Source: Ruditapes philippinarum
Taxonomy: Eukaryota
Length of the DNA stretch: 64,000 bases
Direction of reading: 5' to 3'
Assembly (NCBI RefSeq): GCF_026571515.1
Contig: NW_026863858.1
Location: forward strand, 62,001-126,000
The position numbers were made by a program, and so were the translations under genes. Every line of letters starts with the position of its first letter. The stretch's first letter is position 1. The notes beneath the pieces are model-generated. The model was given only the letters and a program-made list of their open reading frames with translations. It made no database searches and was not told the origin of the DNA. This document shows positions 13,329-25,105 of this stretch, piece after piece.

Positions 13329-16300
13329 CTGTAAGTTTATAAACAAAAACAGGAATAACAGCAAACGGTGTGAAAAAAATGTGAAAAAACGAGGTGCAAT
13401 ACATGTATACCGAGATGTCAATAAATAATAATAGCAAGTGGTGTGAGAGAAGAATATCATAAAACTGGGTATAATACGGAAATATAAATTTCCTCAACTC
13501 AAAGCAGTCTAACAGCAATTATAAAAGGGATCGAAAAGAGTCTTAGAATAAATATGCAAAAATTACATAAATCAATATCAGCATTTCGTCCTAACTACTG
13601 CTGATTTCTATTTCTAAACAGTTTAACATAAATTAATTTGGATACATGGTGTCTGTCTGGCAATAATGCAAGTTAATATTTCTTTATAAAGACGACCCTA
13701 CCTCACACGTAAAGACTGAAACATAACTTCATTTAAAAATCCTGTGTGTTGTAATTAAGGTTGTTACCACACTTAAGTGTAATGTTATATATGCATATAA
13801 CTATGCTTCTAAAACAATTTTCAAGCATCGAAGAATATGTAAAATATGCACTGCAAATATGTGTTCACATTATATGTTATCATTAAAATATATGCATTCA
13901 TTTCTTATTGTAAACTTTGACTTTGATTTTATAGAAAATAAATCTTTAATTACCTACCTTTATTTACATAATTTTATAAGTTCGGTAATATCTTTACAAA
14001 TAATGCTTTTTGGAACTTAAAATATTGACAAATCTTCATTTGAGCATTATATTTATGATATAAAACCATAAAAGATTGAGTTACAGGATCTTTAAATACT
14101 TCAATTCTATATTTTCGAAAGTTTCAAATCAAACAATTACCTTGCAATACTTGGCCGCCTCCTCAAGGTCATCTAAAAACTTGTCAGCAACATGTTCATG
14201 ATGTGGAAGTATAGAGCAATGAAGAGAATCTGGCAGTTGATTTCGTTCCATTTTCCAACCTTTTGTTTCCATGGCATCAGCAACAGCTTGTATATTGATG
14301 TTCGGATTACTGGCAGATATGGCGAACGCTGTCATACAAGGGTCCCCCATGATTTGTAGTCCCTAATATTGCAATGATAGCATAAGTATTACTGATGTAT
14401 AAATCTGCAATGATTTGTGCAAAGGCTATTACTTGTCATCAAGATAAAAAAATGTCAACCAAACTTATAGATCCCTAAATACTCAAAATCATGTTTTATT
14501 TACATAAAATAGAATATACCATTACATTAAATTACATTTAATTCTGCAGTACCTTTGCAGATGTTTCGATTTTATGTACTTCACTAGATATTTGAAAGAT
14601 TTTCGAATTTATGTTTTAAGCCTTTGAACCTGAATGGAGTTCCTTTAAATCAGCATGCAACGTATGATAAAGTGATCTGAAGAAATAGGTGCTTGAGCTT
14701 GCAATAAACCATATCTATAATTATATTGAATTGTTTAGACGTTCAGCTATTCCGTTTCTTAAAGGCCCATTATGCCTCAGATATGATATCAGTTTTTCTC
14801 TCCAAAAGAGTGTTTATTTTTGGTATCTTGTTACATTTCCAAAAAAAATATACTCATTTTCCGTATACATGAACTTCCTTTTGCAGATTTTGTTATATTT
14901 ACATTTGATATTATTATAGTTAATTAGGATTTTAAATTAAGGTCGAAATACTTATTTGTTTTCATTTAGCTATACCTTTACGTTTAGCGCTCTCTTTCAG
15001 TATTTAAACATGTAGCATGATCTAGATTCATTATTGAAACATTATTAAACACATGTGTGCAATTTTTAAAAATATGGATATATGAGGCTGTTTAAAGGAC
15101 AGGAATGTGTCAGATGTATTTGAGCCGCGTCATGACAAAACCAACATAGTGCGTTTGCGACCAGCATGGATCCAGACCAGCCGGCGCATCCGCGCAGTCT
15201 GATCAGGATCCATGCTGTTCGCTTACAAACTCTATTACAAGTAGAGAAACTGATAGCGAACAGCATGGATCCTGATCAGACTGCGCGGATGCGCAGGCTG
15301 GTCTTGATCCATGCTGGTCGCCAAACGCACTATGTTGGTTTTGTCATGACGCGGCTCAATTATTAAATACATTGTAGTAACCTGCCCACAATATTAACTC
15401 CTGAAGAAAATCATTTATTGCCATGAAGGTCTTATATATCTATCGTCTATGTGGTCATGTGGCAAAGTTTATCGAATCCTGGCGTCTTAGCTTTCAATCA
15501 TTTTAAGATACCCCGTACAGTATTATCGATGGGGATAATAAATACTAATGCTAGTCTTAAAAACCATTTAAACAGATTGTCTGTTTTAAAAAGTTCGTAT
15601 ATTTAAACAAAATTCAGTAAAGCGTTAGTAAAGTATACTACCTGGTCTGGTACCAGCCATTGAAGGGGAACCATATAGACCTCCTGGCCACTCTGAATAG
15701 GCGTAGATCTGATATTTTCTTATATCAGAATTTCGGTAACAAATAACGCTAGCACCCTGTAAATAATTGTAGTAAAAAATATTGATTCAAAAGTGTAAAT
15801 GTTTGTCATATTGCATTGAAGATACATATATATCTTACGGTATTGAACTGTTTACTAATTAGGGGATATTATGTAAGCGACCATATACGAGGGTGGATGA
15901 AAAAAATGCATTAACTTTCGTAACATTAATTTTGTTTGTACAATAAAAAGACCCAAAATAATAATCAGTTTTTAAAAAATTTGGCCCTTTTTCCCTGTTT
16001 TCTGTTAAATTTTTGGGTATGATTAGGTCCGGGGTTTCCAAAAGAACAATCTTTTTTTTGGTCGTGCAGTTGGACGGGTGTTTGGAAAACGACGGTCAGT
16101 GGGGAAGCCCCCGGTCGGTATTTCGGGGGTTTCCCGTTTTTAAGACCCGGTCGGGACTGAAACTTTTTTTTTTCCCCACTTTTTTAAATGTAAAAATTAA
16201 AAAAAAATGTTGGGTTTAACTTTTTTAATGCATTATTTTTTCTTTTTTTTTAACTATATTGTTTTTTGTATCTTTAAATCCCCCTAAAACACTAGGCCGC

Positions 16301-19300
16301 CAATTTCACGCTGCTATTGCCCGTGGGTTTCTAGGCCGCTATTTTCACGCCGCTAGGTCGCTGGGCCGCTAGGCCGCCAACTTCACCCTGCTATGACGCT
16401 TGGTCGCTAGACCGCTAACTTCACGCCGCTAGGTCGCTGGGGCCGATAGGCCGCCACTTCACGCTGCTATGACGCTGGTTCGCTAGCCGCTAACTTCACA
16501 TCGCTATGTCGCTGGGGCTGTAGGCCGCTAACTTCACACCGCTACTAGGTCGCTTGGTCGCTATACCGCTAACTTCACGCTGTTATGAGGCCGGGTCGCT
16601 AGGCCGCTAACTCCACGCCGCTAGGCCCCCAATTTAAACATCTGATATTTTTACTATTGTTCTTAAGTATTCAATTTATTTAAACATACCTTCACACACA
16701 AAATCCATATTTGTGAACATCTGCAGACATTGAAGTCACACCTGGAACCCGGAAATCAAATTTCGGTACAGGATACCCCAGTTTCTCTACCCTAAAATTT
16801 ATGTCGTTTGTTATAGACATAACATGGCAAACAAAATCAAACCACTTATAACTTTATTTGATTCTTGATAGCAATAACAAAACAAATAAAAAAATAGATA
16901 AAAAATAAAACTTACATGTAAAATGTAAGATCTAACTCGACTTTACTAGAGTTGTTTATGGGGATAACCAAAAAGATAAGACTTTTAATTACATGTATAA
17001 ATAAACCTACTAATATTTTTACCTCTACCAAAGGTGCTATATACGTCAAAATGCCTAAAACCTANNNNNNNNNNNNNNNNNNNNNNNNNNNNNNNNNNNN
17101 NNNNNNNNNNNNNNNNNNNNNNNNNNNNNNNNNNNNNNNNNNNNNNNNNNNNNNNNNNNNNNNNNNNNNNNNNNNNNNNNNNNNNNNNNNNNNNNNNNNN
17201 NNNNNNNNNNNNNNNNNNNNNNNNNNNNNNNNNNNNNNNNNNNNNNNNNNNNNNNNNNNNNNNNNNNNNNNNNNNNNNNNNNNNNNNNNNNNNNNNNNNN
17301 NNNNNNNNNNNNNNNNNNNNNNNNNNNNNNNNNNNNNNNNNNNNNNNNNNNNNNNNNNNNNNNNNNNNNNNNNNNNNNNNNNNNNNNNNNNNNNNNNNNN
17401 NNNNNNNNAGTGAATCACTTTAAATAGAAAAAAATCCGCAAAGGATTATAAATCAAAGCACAGAAGGTGCTGAATTTGTTTGGGTCTCAGAATGTCAGAA
17501 AGATGAAGGTTATAAGATTATAAACCAATTTGTTTTTGTAAAGTGCCACCAATGCTTTCCAGCGTTTTAACTGTAGTAAATTGGCTATAAGACTAATTTA
17601 AACACTGATATTCAATCCAATGTTTATTTGACTTAAACAATTTGAAAAAAATGAGTTGCCTTCACTGGGATTTGAACTCCAGACCTCTCGCTTCCTAAGC
17701 AAGCGCGCAAACCCCTCGGCCACGGTGAAGTTATTTGTTTACAGCCTGAAGAAAACTATATTATTCTATATTAGGGCTTGTAACGACGCTAACTGTTGTT
17801 TTAACAATGATGGAGCTTACTTAAAAATGTTATCTTTTAAGAAAAAACCCAATATTAAAAATTTCGACCATTTGGGGAATTTTTTTTATTTTGTTAAAAA
17901 ATTAATGCGCCTGTCTTTACCATCTTTACGCAGTGTTTCCCCCCTAAATTTTTCGGCGTTATTTTAAAAATATAAAAGGGGAAGAAACCCGGGCTTAAAA
18001 AAACGGACTACTTTGGGCACTTCCCAATTTAAAACAGCTTGGGATTTTCTAAAATTTTTCCCCTACCTTTATTTTTTTGGTCTGCGCCCCAAAAAAAATT
18101 TAATAAATATACTAAAAAAATTTTAAAAGTCGAAAGTGATTTGCAATCTTGGGCCCGTTTTGGGTTTGGGGTTTTCCTCCCCTTGTTTTTTGGTAAAAAT
18201 TTATTTTATGTCATTTTAAATTTGTACTAAAATTTGATGGAACGTAAAAATTATTTTAAACACGATTTATGTTAGTAGATCGTCGGTTTTACATGGCCAT
18301 ATTCATTGCATATGTGTGTATGTTCTGTTTGACTATGTGTATTCAAATCTTGTCGAAAACTAAACGAAAAAAAAATTTTAATTATACTTCCTGGCAAACA
18401 TAAAAACACAAAACAACGTCCACATGTAGAGGTAGTCGTTTTTTTCAGAGCCAGTTGCCAGCAATTTCCTCTATAGGGTCCGATGACAGCGTTGGCAAAA
18501 TTTGTGGAGCCGACGCTACAAGCATCACGGTCTGCCCAATTGCATAGCCCATATGTTAAGTGTAATTTCACGATAATTTTTGATAATTTTAAATAATTTT
18601 ACTTACAGGTTGATAAAATTGTGGAGTCGACGCAACAAGCATCGCCGTGTCCGAATTGATAGCCTATATATAGTGTAATCACAGATAATTTGATTATTTG
18701 AAACTTGCACTACAATTTACAAAATTGTGTAGCCGACGCTACAAGCATCATCGTGTGCGAATTGATAGCCTATATTTAGTGTAATCACAGATAATTTGAT
18801 AATTTGAAACTTGTACTCAGTTGATAAAATTGTGGAGCCGACGCTACAAGCATCACAGTGTCCGAATTGATAGCCTTTATTTGGTGTAATCACAGATAAT
18901 TTGATTATTTGAAACTTGCACTACAGTTGACAAAATTGTGGAGCCGAAGCTACAAGCATCACAGTGTCCGAATTGATAGCCTATATTTGGTGTAATCACA
19001 ATCAATTTGATTATTTGAAACTTGTACTACAGTTGATAAAATTGTGGAGCCGACGCTACAAGCATCACAGTGTCCGAATTGATAGCCTATATTTGGTGTA
19101 ATCACAGATAATTTGATTATTTGAAACTTTCACTACAGTTGACAAAATTGTGGAGCCGAAGCTACAAGCATCACAGTGTCCGAATTGATAGCCTATATTT
19201 GGTGTAATCACAATCAATTTGATTATTTGAAACTTGTACTACAGTTGATAAAATTGTGGAGCCGACGCTACAAGCATCACAGTGTCCGAATTGATAGCCT

Positions 19301-22300
19301 ATATTTGGTGTAATCACAGATAATTTGATTATTTGAAACTTGTACTACAGTTGATAAAATTGTGGAGCCGACGCTACAAGCATCACGGTGTCCGAATTGA
19401 TAGCCTATATTAAGTGTAATCACAGATAATTTGATAATTTTAAACTTGTACTACAGTTGATAAAATTGTGGAGTCGACGCAACAAGCATCGCCGTGTCCG
19501 AATTGATAGCCTATATTTAGTGTAATCACAGATAATTTGATTTATTTGAAAACTTGTACTACAGTTGATAAAATTGTGGAGCCGACGCTACAAGCATCAC
19601 AGTGTCCGAATTGATAGCCTATATTTAGTGTAATCACAGATAATTTGATAATTTGAAACTTGTACTTCAGTTGATAAAATTGTGGAGCCGACGCTACAAG
19701 CATCACAGTGTCCGAATTGATAGCCTATATTTAGTGTAATCACAGATAATTTGATTATTTGAAACTTGTACTACAGTTGATAAAATTGTGGAGCCGACGC
19801 TACAAGCATAACGGTGTCCGAATTGATAGCCTATATTTCAGTATTTAGTATAGTCACAGATAATTTGATTATTTGAAACTTATACTACTACAGTTTTCAA
19901 ATCCGATACATATTTCATGTACCGATAACTTGAAGTAGTACTGTGCCCGAATTCACCTTGGACGTTATTGATAGCCCCTAGCGTAAGTACGGATAAGTTA
20001 GTTCTAAATTGTGCGAACTGAGAATTTTGGATATTAGATAAAAACTTTTAACGCTTGGACTAACTATATCTTCATCATGATAGATGCATGTATATACTTA
20101 ACTGCAATGAAAGTTTGAACTGAAATGGAATTTAGATAAAAAAAAAAAAAACTCCGACTGTTTACGGGGTAACGGGACTAACGGACAAAGCAGAATCAAT
20201 TTTGTCATTATCTGCGATCTTATAGTTCCAAATTTTTTTTCATAAATAAAGAAATAATTTCCTAACAAGCTGATAGAATTTTCTTAAACTTTGATTGAAA
20301 TAATAACTTAAACAAATTCATAACCAAACGGGGCTCCCAATTCTTTATTCTTTAGTTACCTGCCCCTGAAAGTAGCTTTCATTACGTAAAATTCAATTAT
20401 GCAATTTCGAAATACCAAATTAATATATGACCGGAATAAACTTAAGAAGGTCTTTGACATTGTCAGTCCGTTGGTAGAAAACACATTAGCATGTCTGTGA
20501 CTATTTTCCTTTATCGTAAACAGTTCAACGAACCTTCATATTATACAACCGATTTATAAAGTTGAACTTTACCAGTGCAAATATCTAAAGGCCCATTATG
20601 CCTTAGAATTTTATTTGAATTTTTATATCTTGAAAGCTTTTTTTTTTTTAAATTTTGGTGTACTTTATAGTATACAAAGAGTTACCCATTGGCCAATTAC
20701 CTTAACCATCTTGTTTATCTGTTTCTTTTTTGGCAATAAGTGCATTTATTGTGAACAAGTTTTTTATACGGAAGTCAAAACATTTCTCGTTTACATTTTG
20801 CTACTTTTATGACAACAATTTTCATATTTATCCCTACTTTTGCCAGGTAACAAGCATCTACCATTTTCTAAGACCATTATTTTTAACATCATATATTTCA
20901 TGTTTGGCATTTTAAAGAAGTATAAATTTATTTGTTTCTGAGGCATAATGTGTAATTAACTATTATTACAAACAAAATGTATAATAAACATACGTTGCAA
21001 TATTTTTGAAAAAAAAGGTTGCTGCATCTATGGGATTTTGTATAATTTTATCATGGATGTTTTTTTCTAATTCGGTAGGTATTTGAGAAGTTTTAGAAAG
21101 ATATAAAACCTTTTCCATAGCTTTCACATCAGCCCTGAAAGTCCGAAGCCATAGGTGTATGTATTACATCCAATCCGAAAAATGAGCCGCTTTATCTATA
21201 GTTCGGGTGTACAAGTTATTTAGGGGCTACCTTGCAAACATTCAAATTTATTATCTAATGCATTCTATTAACTGTTTAATTTGAATTGCTGAAATCGTGT
21301 GCATTGCGCAATGATGAAATTAAACTGTTATAAGAGTTACCTGAATTAGGCTCAAAAACTAACAGTGATTTTATCTCGCGCCTTTTAATCATTAAACAAG
21401 GCATAGTTTATCAAATTCGACATTCACCAAGTGTTTTTAGAAAACAAGTAAAACTATTCAGTCTCCACATTTAAACAACGTAAAATTTTCCGCTTTTTAA
21501 TTATTTTCCCTGGTCAACGGTGTTTTTTTATTTAATATAAATTTTATCGAATTTTTTTACCCCGTGTTATGAAAGGGTATATATTTTTGAAACCCAAAAG
21601 TAAACGTCTAGTTTTTTAAGTTTTTAAAAAAAATGAATATAATTTTAATCGTAAAATATTTGGTTTTTTTGATTTTTTTTTTGTCGCTAGCGCCATGTCT
21701 CGGAAGGTTTTTACCGCCATTAGGTTGCTCTCTGTCCCGCCGGAAGTTAGAAACCCGACGACTTCACTATTACCATTTAACATTGCAGCTGTCATACTAA
21801 CAACTTCTGTCTCCATTAATCTAAATAAAAAAGTTTGATCTTTAAAAGAAATGAGGAAACATGTCGCATGAAGAAACATGTCGCAGACGGGTTCTATTTT
21901 GAACTGTCGTCTGCAACTAAAAAATCCGTTCGTCAATGGAACTGTTAAGAGTTGTTGTTGTTCTGCAAGAGTAATATAAAGTTGCAATGAATTTTTGATC
22001 GTGATTATTTTCATCTGTCATTTGTTCATTTATATTCATATTTTTAACCCTGTCAATCGACCTTTAGGGAATTATACAAGCTTCTAGCAAATGTCACAAT
22101 AGATTTACTGAAAAAATAGGATTGTAAGTCACGTTGTACTGAAACAACGTGATTGGTTAGATAAGAATTTGAAAAAAAGATTGCCAAGTCTAACTTGTGG
22201 TTTGTTTCATAACCGAGAGAATGGTTCTAGTATGAAAAAATATCACATGTTTTGATTTTACGTATTATTTTCTAATATGAATAGTATAAAGATTTTGACA

Positions 22301-25105
22301 TAAAAAGATGGTTCTCGTGAAATTGAATATTTATATACATCAATGAAGAATTGTTCGCAGTGTCTTGAAAACCTCGGTTTTTAGTTTGAACTTGGTACTC
22401 CGTGTGAAATATTTGATTGTTCTTCATTCGCAGGAAATCTGGCACCTAGCTATGGTTACATTTTAAACATTGAAACGTTTGCTTTTTGAATTATATAGAA
22501 TTTTTTTCTGTTTTTTTTTTTTTTAATTTATTTTCTTTTCAGAAATAGCGACGAAAAAATAATCGTTTAAGAACAGCAAAAACTGAAATGTTGCAAGCTT
22601 TGATTAAACATGGTCATAGATTGAAGTTTTGAAAGAGAATTATAAATATATATGAATGCTAAATATTTTAATATACATACAATCAATCCTTTGTTTTGTC
22701 TGAATATACAAATGTACTTGAATGTATAATAAATGCCGATGAAGAAGACCGAAAGGCCGATAGCTACTGTAAAATTAAATCAGCGTTTTTAAATATATCA
22801 TTTTGTACAGTGAACAATAGATCTACCAATTGCTTTCACAATATTCATTTCATGTTACAAACGTTTTGCAGTGTTTCTTAGACACATAATTTGCCAGTCC
22901 TACGTGGTTAGCGAATAAGCCCTTAAAATGGGTGTTTTCTTTATTGTAAATCTTTACAGTTTTTTTGCTGAGTCTCTAAATTTTTACCTTAAAAAAGGGA
23001 ATATGATTTGGGTTTTAGGGCCCTTTCGTGCATAAATTTATGAAAAATTCCCTTTTCCCGTTCGTCTTGCTCTATGTTTGGGCCCCTTTTTTTCTGAAAT
23101 TCAGTGGTGTATTCTAAATTTTGGTAATCTACTAGACGGTTTCTAGACGCTTTAAAATTGATCGAGAGATTTGGGAAAAATGTGTTATATTGGATTCTTT
23201 TCAGTTTATAGTTTTTTAAAAACTTATATTAAAAGCTTTTTAAATTTGTATCAGTGGCCTTAATTCTTTTTTTTTCAATTTTTAATTTAAGTAAGGGGGA
23301 GGCAATCCATGAAATTTTCAGTGGGCACGTTTTTTTTTTTAAAGGGAATTTTGTTTTGCAACTTGCCCACCCCTGAAAGTTTTTACTTGAAATTCTCACT
23401 AATTATTTGAAGCTCTTCCCATTCTTTTTACGATGGACTTACCTGAAAACATATTAATTTAATGTGTTCAGTTTTTAAGAGGTATCTACACAGCTATATA
23501 CTTACCATTGAAAACTGCTAACGTGCACATAGATACAATGTACAAGATTATTCCTTGTAATGATAACAATATAACAGCTGAGAAGCTTTAAAGGCACATT
23601 ATGCCTCAGAAATGAATAAATGTTAACTATTATAGAAAGGTCAAACATTAGTTTAAATAATGGTTTTAGAGCATGTTAGATTCTTATTACCAAGAGAATA
23701 CAGACTGAATATGACATTTTTGTCATAAAGGTAGCAAAATGTAAACAAAATAGTATTTGACTTCCATGCACAATACAAATTCATTATAGCTGTACCTATT
23801 TTAAAAAAGCAACAGAAACAAAAGATTGTCCAGGTAAGGCTATTGGCCAATGAGTATCTTTTTGGAAACTACAAAAGGACACTAAAATTAAAAAGCGTTT
23901 GAGGAATAAAAATAAAAGCTTATTTATCTTAGGCATATATGGGCCTTTAAACTTACCACAAAACATATCAAATGCTTCCTGTTGAAGCCTGTAGTTATCG
24001 TCACACAACGTGTATTGGTACGCAAAGACGTTGCCGTCACGTTCGGGATTAGCGTTACGTTTCTGTAAATTTTTCATCTGTACACGCATATCCTCAGCGC
24101 TAAATCCTGTTACAAAAAAATATAAAGTTAGTTTAAAGTGGTAAATAGCCTTTCACAATAGCTTGCTAATTAAAAAGGTAAAATTAATTGGTTTTTCAGA
24201 AATTGTTCTTGGTGAGTTTACCTGATGAAAACAAACACTTATAGCTGTCTGCACCGAAATAATACAACTTTATAATGCTTGATTTAGAAATTGCTTTAAG
24301 GTTTAAAGAAGTTTGTTTGCTAATTTAATAACCAAGTAATACAGTTAGCTGTTTATATTTACGATAACTGAGTTTGATTCTGCATAATTTAATGAAATGT
24401 GAAAAAACATGAAAATTTAACCTTTGTGTTTTGCTTACATTTTCGTTTATACATATCAACAAAGATTTGATGCTTTATACGTTATATTTGCTTGTACTGC
24501 ACATAATATATGTCTTGTTAATACCCGCTGCGCCAGCGTCAATGATTCGTCCAAATCAGGGACAAAATTATGTGATAAATATAATAAAACATATATAATA
24601 GCCATTACAACTTTATATCATTCATTACCATGAATCAATATAACTATATTATTCATAACCATGATTTAATATAACAATATTATTCATATAACTATATTAT
24701 TCATAACCATGATTTAATTTAACTATATTATTCATAACCATGATTTAATATAACTATATTATTCATATCCAGGATTTAATATAACTATAACCTTACAACA
24801 GTATCTATCCAAACCAAGGGAGTGGGATGTAATAGGCCTATCTAAGATACGTGTTCTTACCTTTTTCCGGAATACGGACTTTAGCCTTGCTTTTAACAAC
24901 ATCTTGGGCTAGGCTTGTTGTATTCACGAAACTAGATACCTCATTCTTCAGGACTAGATCAATTATCGCCCTTACTCCAGGCAACTCTTTAAGAGCAAGG
25001 ACAATAACTCTGAAGAACTGTTGCGGACCTTTCTTGTAATATATGCTGATAAGAACCGCAAGGACAATTGTAAACACGGTATGCTCGATAAATTCGATCA
25101 TCGTT
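13203..25105 (-). CDS. SGPL1: Sphingosine-1-phosphate lyase (PLP-dependent group II decarboxylase fold), multi-exon
   Basis: Exons with GT-AG borders: 25105-24861 (N-terminal [24 protein letters not shown]...), 24106-23957, ~23094-22988 (noisy, resembles MHENALNP..FP.LR), 21820-~21655 ([21 protein letters not shown]), 21230-21110 (noisy, KAAHFFGL...DVKAMEK), ~18550-18390 (noisy, [10 protein letters not shown]...DPIEEIA...LPLHVD), 16791-16690 ([22 protein letters not shown] lysine), 15756-15642 ([16 protein letters not shown]), 14362-14141 and 13328-13203. One expected exon between 15642 and 14362 was not located, nor was any upstream exon. Confidence 0.9.
14141..14362 (-). CDS. SGPL1: SGPL1-like exon (GLQIMGDP...[17 protein letters not shown]...FLDDLEEA)
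   Basis: ttag acceptor and gtaatt donor, 222 nt; SPL motif GW.L..LQ.P.SIH. Confidence 0.9.
15121..15358. mobile_element. Palindromic MITE (family A), copy 1
   Basis: tgagccgcgtcatgacaaaaccaacatagtgcgtttgcgaccagcatggatc... mirrored at the other end; further copies at 34159 and 43951. Confidence 0.85.
15642..15756 (-). CDS. SGPL1: SGPL1-like exon ([38 protein letters not shown])
   Basis: tttacag acceptor and gtagta donor; conserved W.GG.Y.SP..AG.RP motif. Not in the ORF track. Confidence 0.9.
16293..16630. repeat. GC-rich degenerate tandem repeat (TAGGCCGCTAACTTCACGCCGCTA...)
   Basis: About 9-10 imperfect ~35-40 bp units in an SGPL1 intron. Confidence 0.8.
16690..16791 (-). CDS. SGPL1: SGPL1-like exon with PLP-binding lysine ([30 protein letters not shown])
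   Basis: ttttag acceptor and gtatgt donor; SAD.HKYG signature. Apparent indel in a (TG)n run at the exon end. Confidence 0.9.
17065..17408. other. Assembly gap (N run)
   Basis: Ns. Confidence 1.
17655..17728 (-). repeat. tRNA-derived SINE-like head (degenerate)
   Basis: Minus strand: cgTGGCCGAGGGG (A-box-like) ... GAGTTCAAATCCC (B-box-like); no clean cloverleaf. Confidence 0.5.
18490..19890 (-). repeat. 106-bp tandem array, ~13 copies, each comprising intron end + AG acceptor + first ~16 codons of an SGPL1 exon
   Basis: gatagccta recurs at 18658, 18765, 18870, 18975, 19081, 19187, 19293, 19399... Minus strand reads aaatatag|GCT ATC AAT TCG GAC ACT GTG ATG CTT GTA GCG TCG GCT CCA CAA TTT TAT CAA CTG TAG ([19 protein letters not shown]). 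Confidence 0.92.
21655..21820 (-). CDS. SGPL1: SGPL1-like exon ([41 protein letters not shown])
   Basis: TSGGTES signature; tttag acceptor; 3' end noisy. Confidence 0.88.
23588..23950. mobile_element. TTAA-flanked MITE, inserted a few bases inside an SGPL1 intron next to the donor
   Basis: ttaaAGGCACATTATGCCTC ... AGGCATATATGGGCCTttaa. Confidence 0.65.
23957..24106 (-). CDS. SGPL1: SGPL1-like exon ([31 protein letters not shown]...)
   Basis: taacag acceptor and gtaagt donor, 150 nt, phase 1-1. Confidence 0.8.
24637..24790. repeat. ~31-bp AT-rich tandem repeat (TAACTATATTATTCATAACCATGATTTAATA)
   Basis: About 5 imperfect copies. Confidence 0.8.
24861..25105 (-). CDS. SGPL1: SGPL1-like 5' coding exon with transmembrane anchor
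   Basis: ttttgcag acceptor, hydrophobic [14 protein letters not shown], ends RIPEKG|gtaag (cf. SPL LP..G). Confidence 0.8.

Noticed and set aside
16952-17423. ORFs spanning N runs (also near 48.5 kb and 54.4 kb)
   Set aside because: Artefacts of assembly gaps.
18490-19890. Regular repeat arrays (also 31734-32099, 4878-5840) as CRISPR-like loci
   Set aside because: No unique spacers, no cas genes, eukaryotic intron-containing context.
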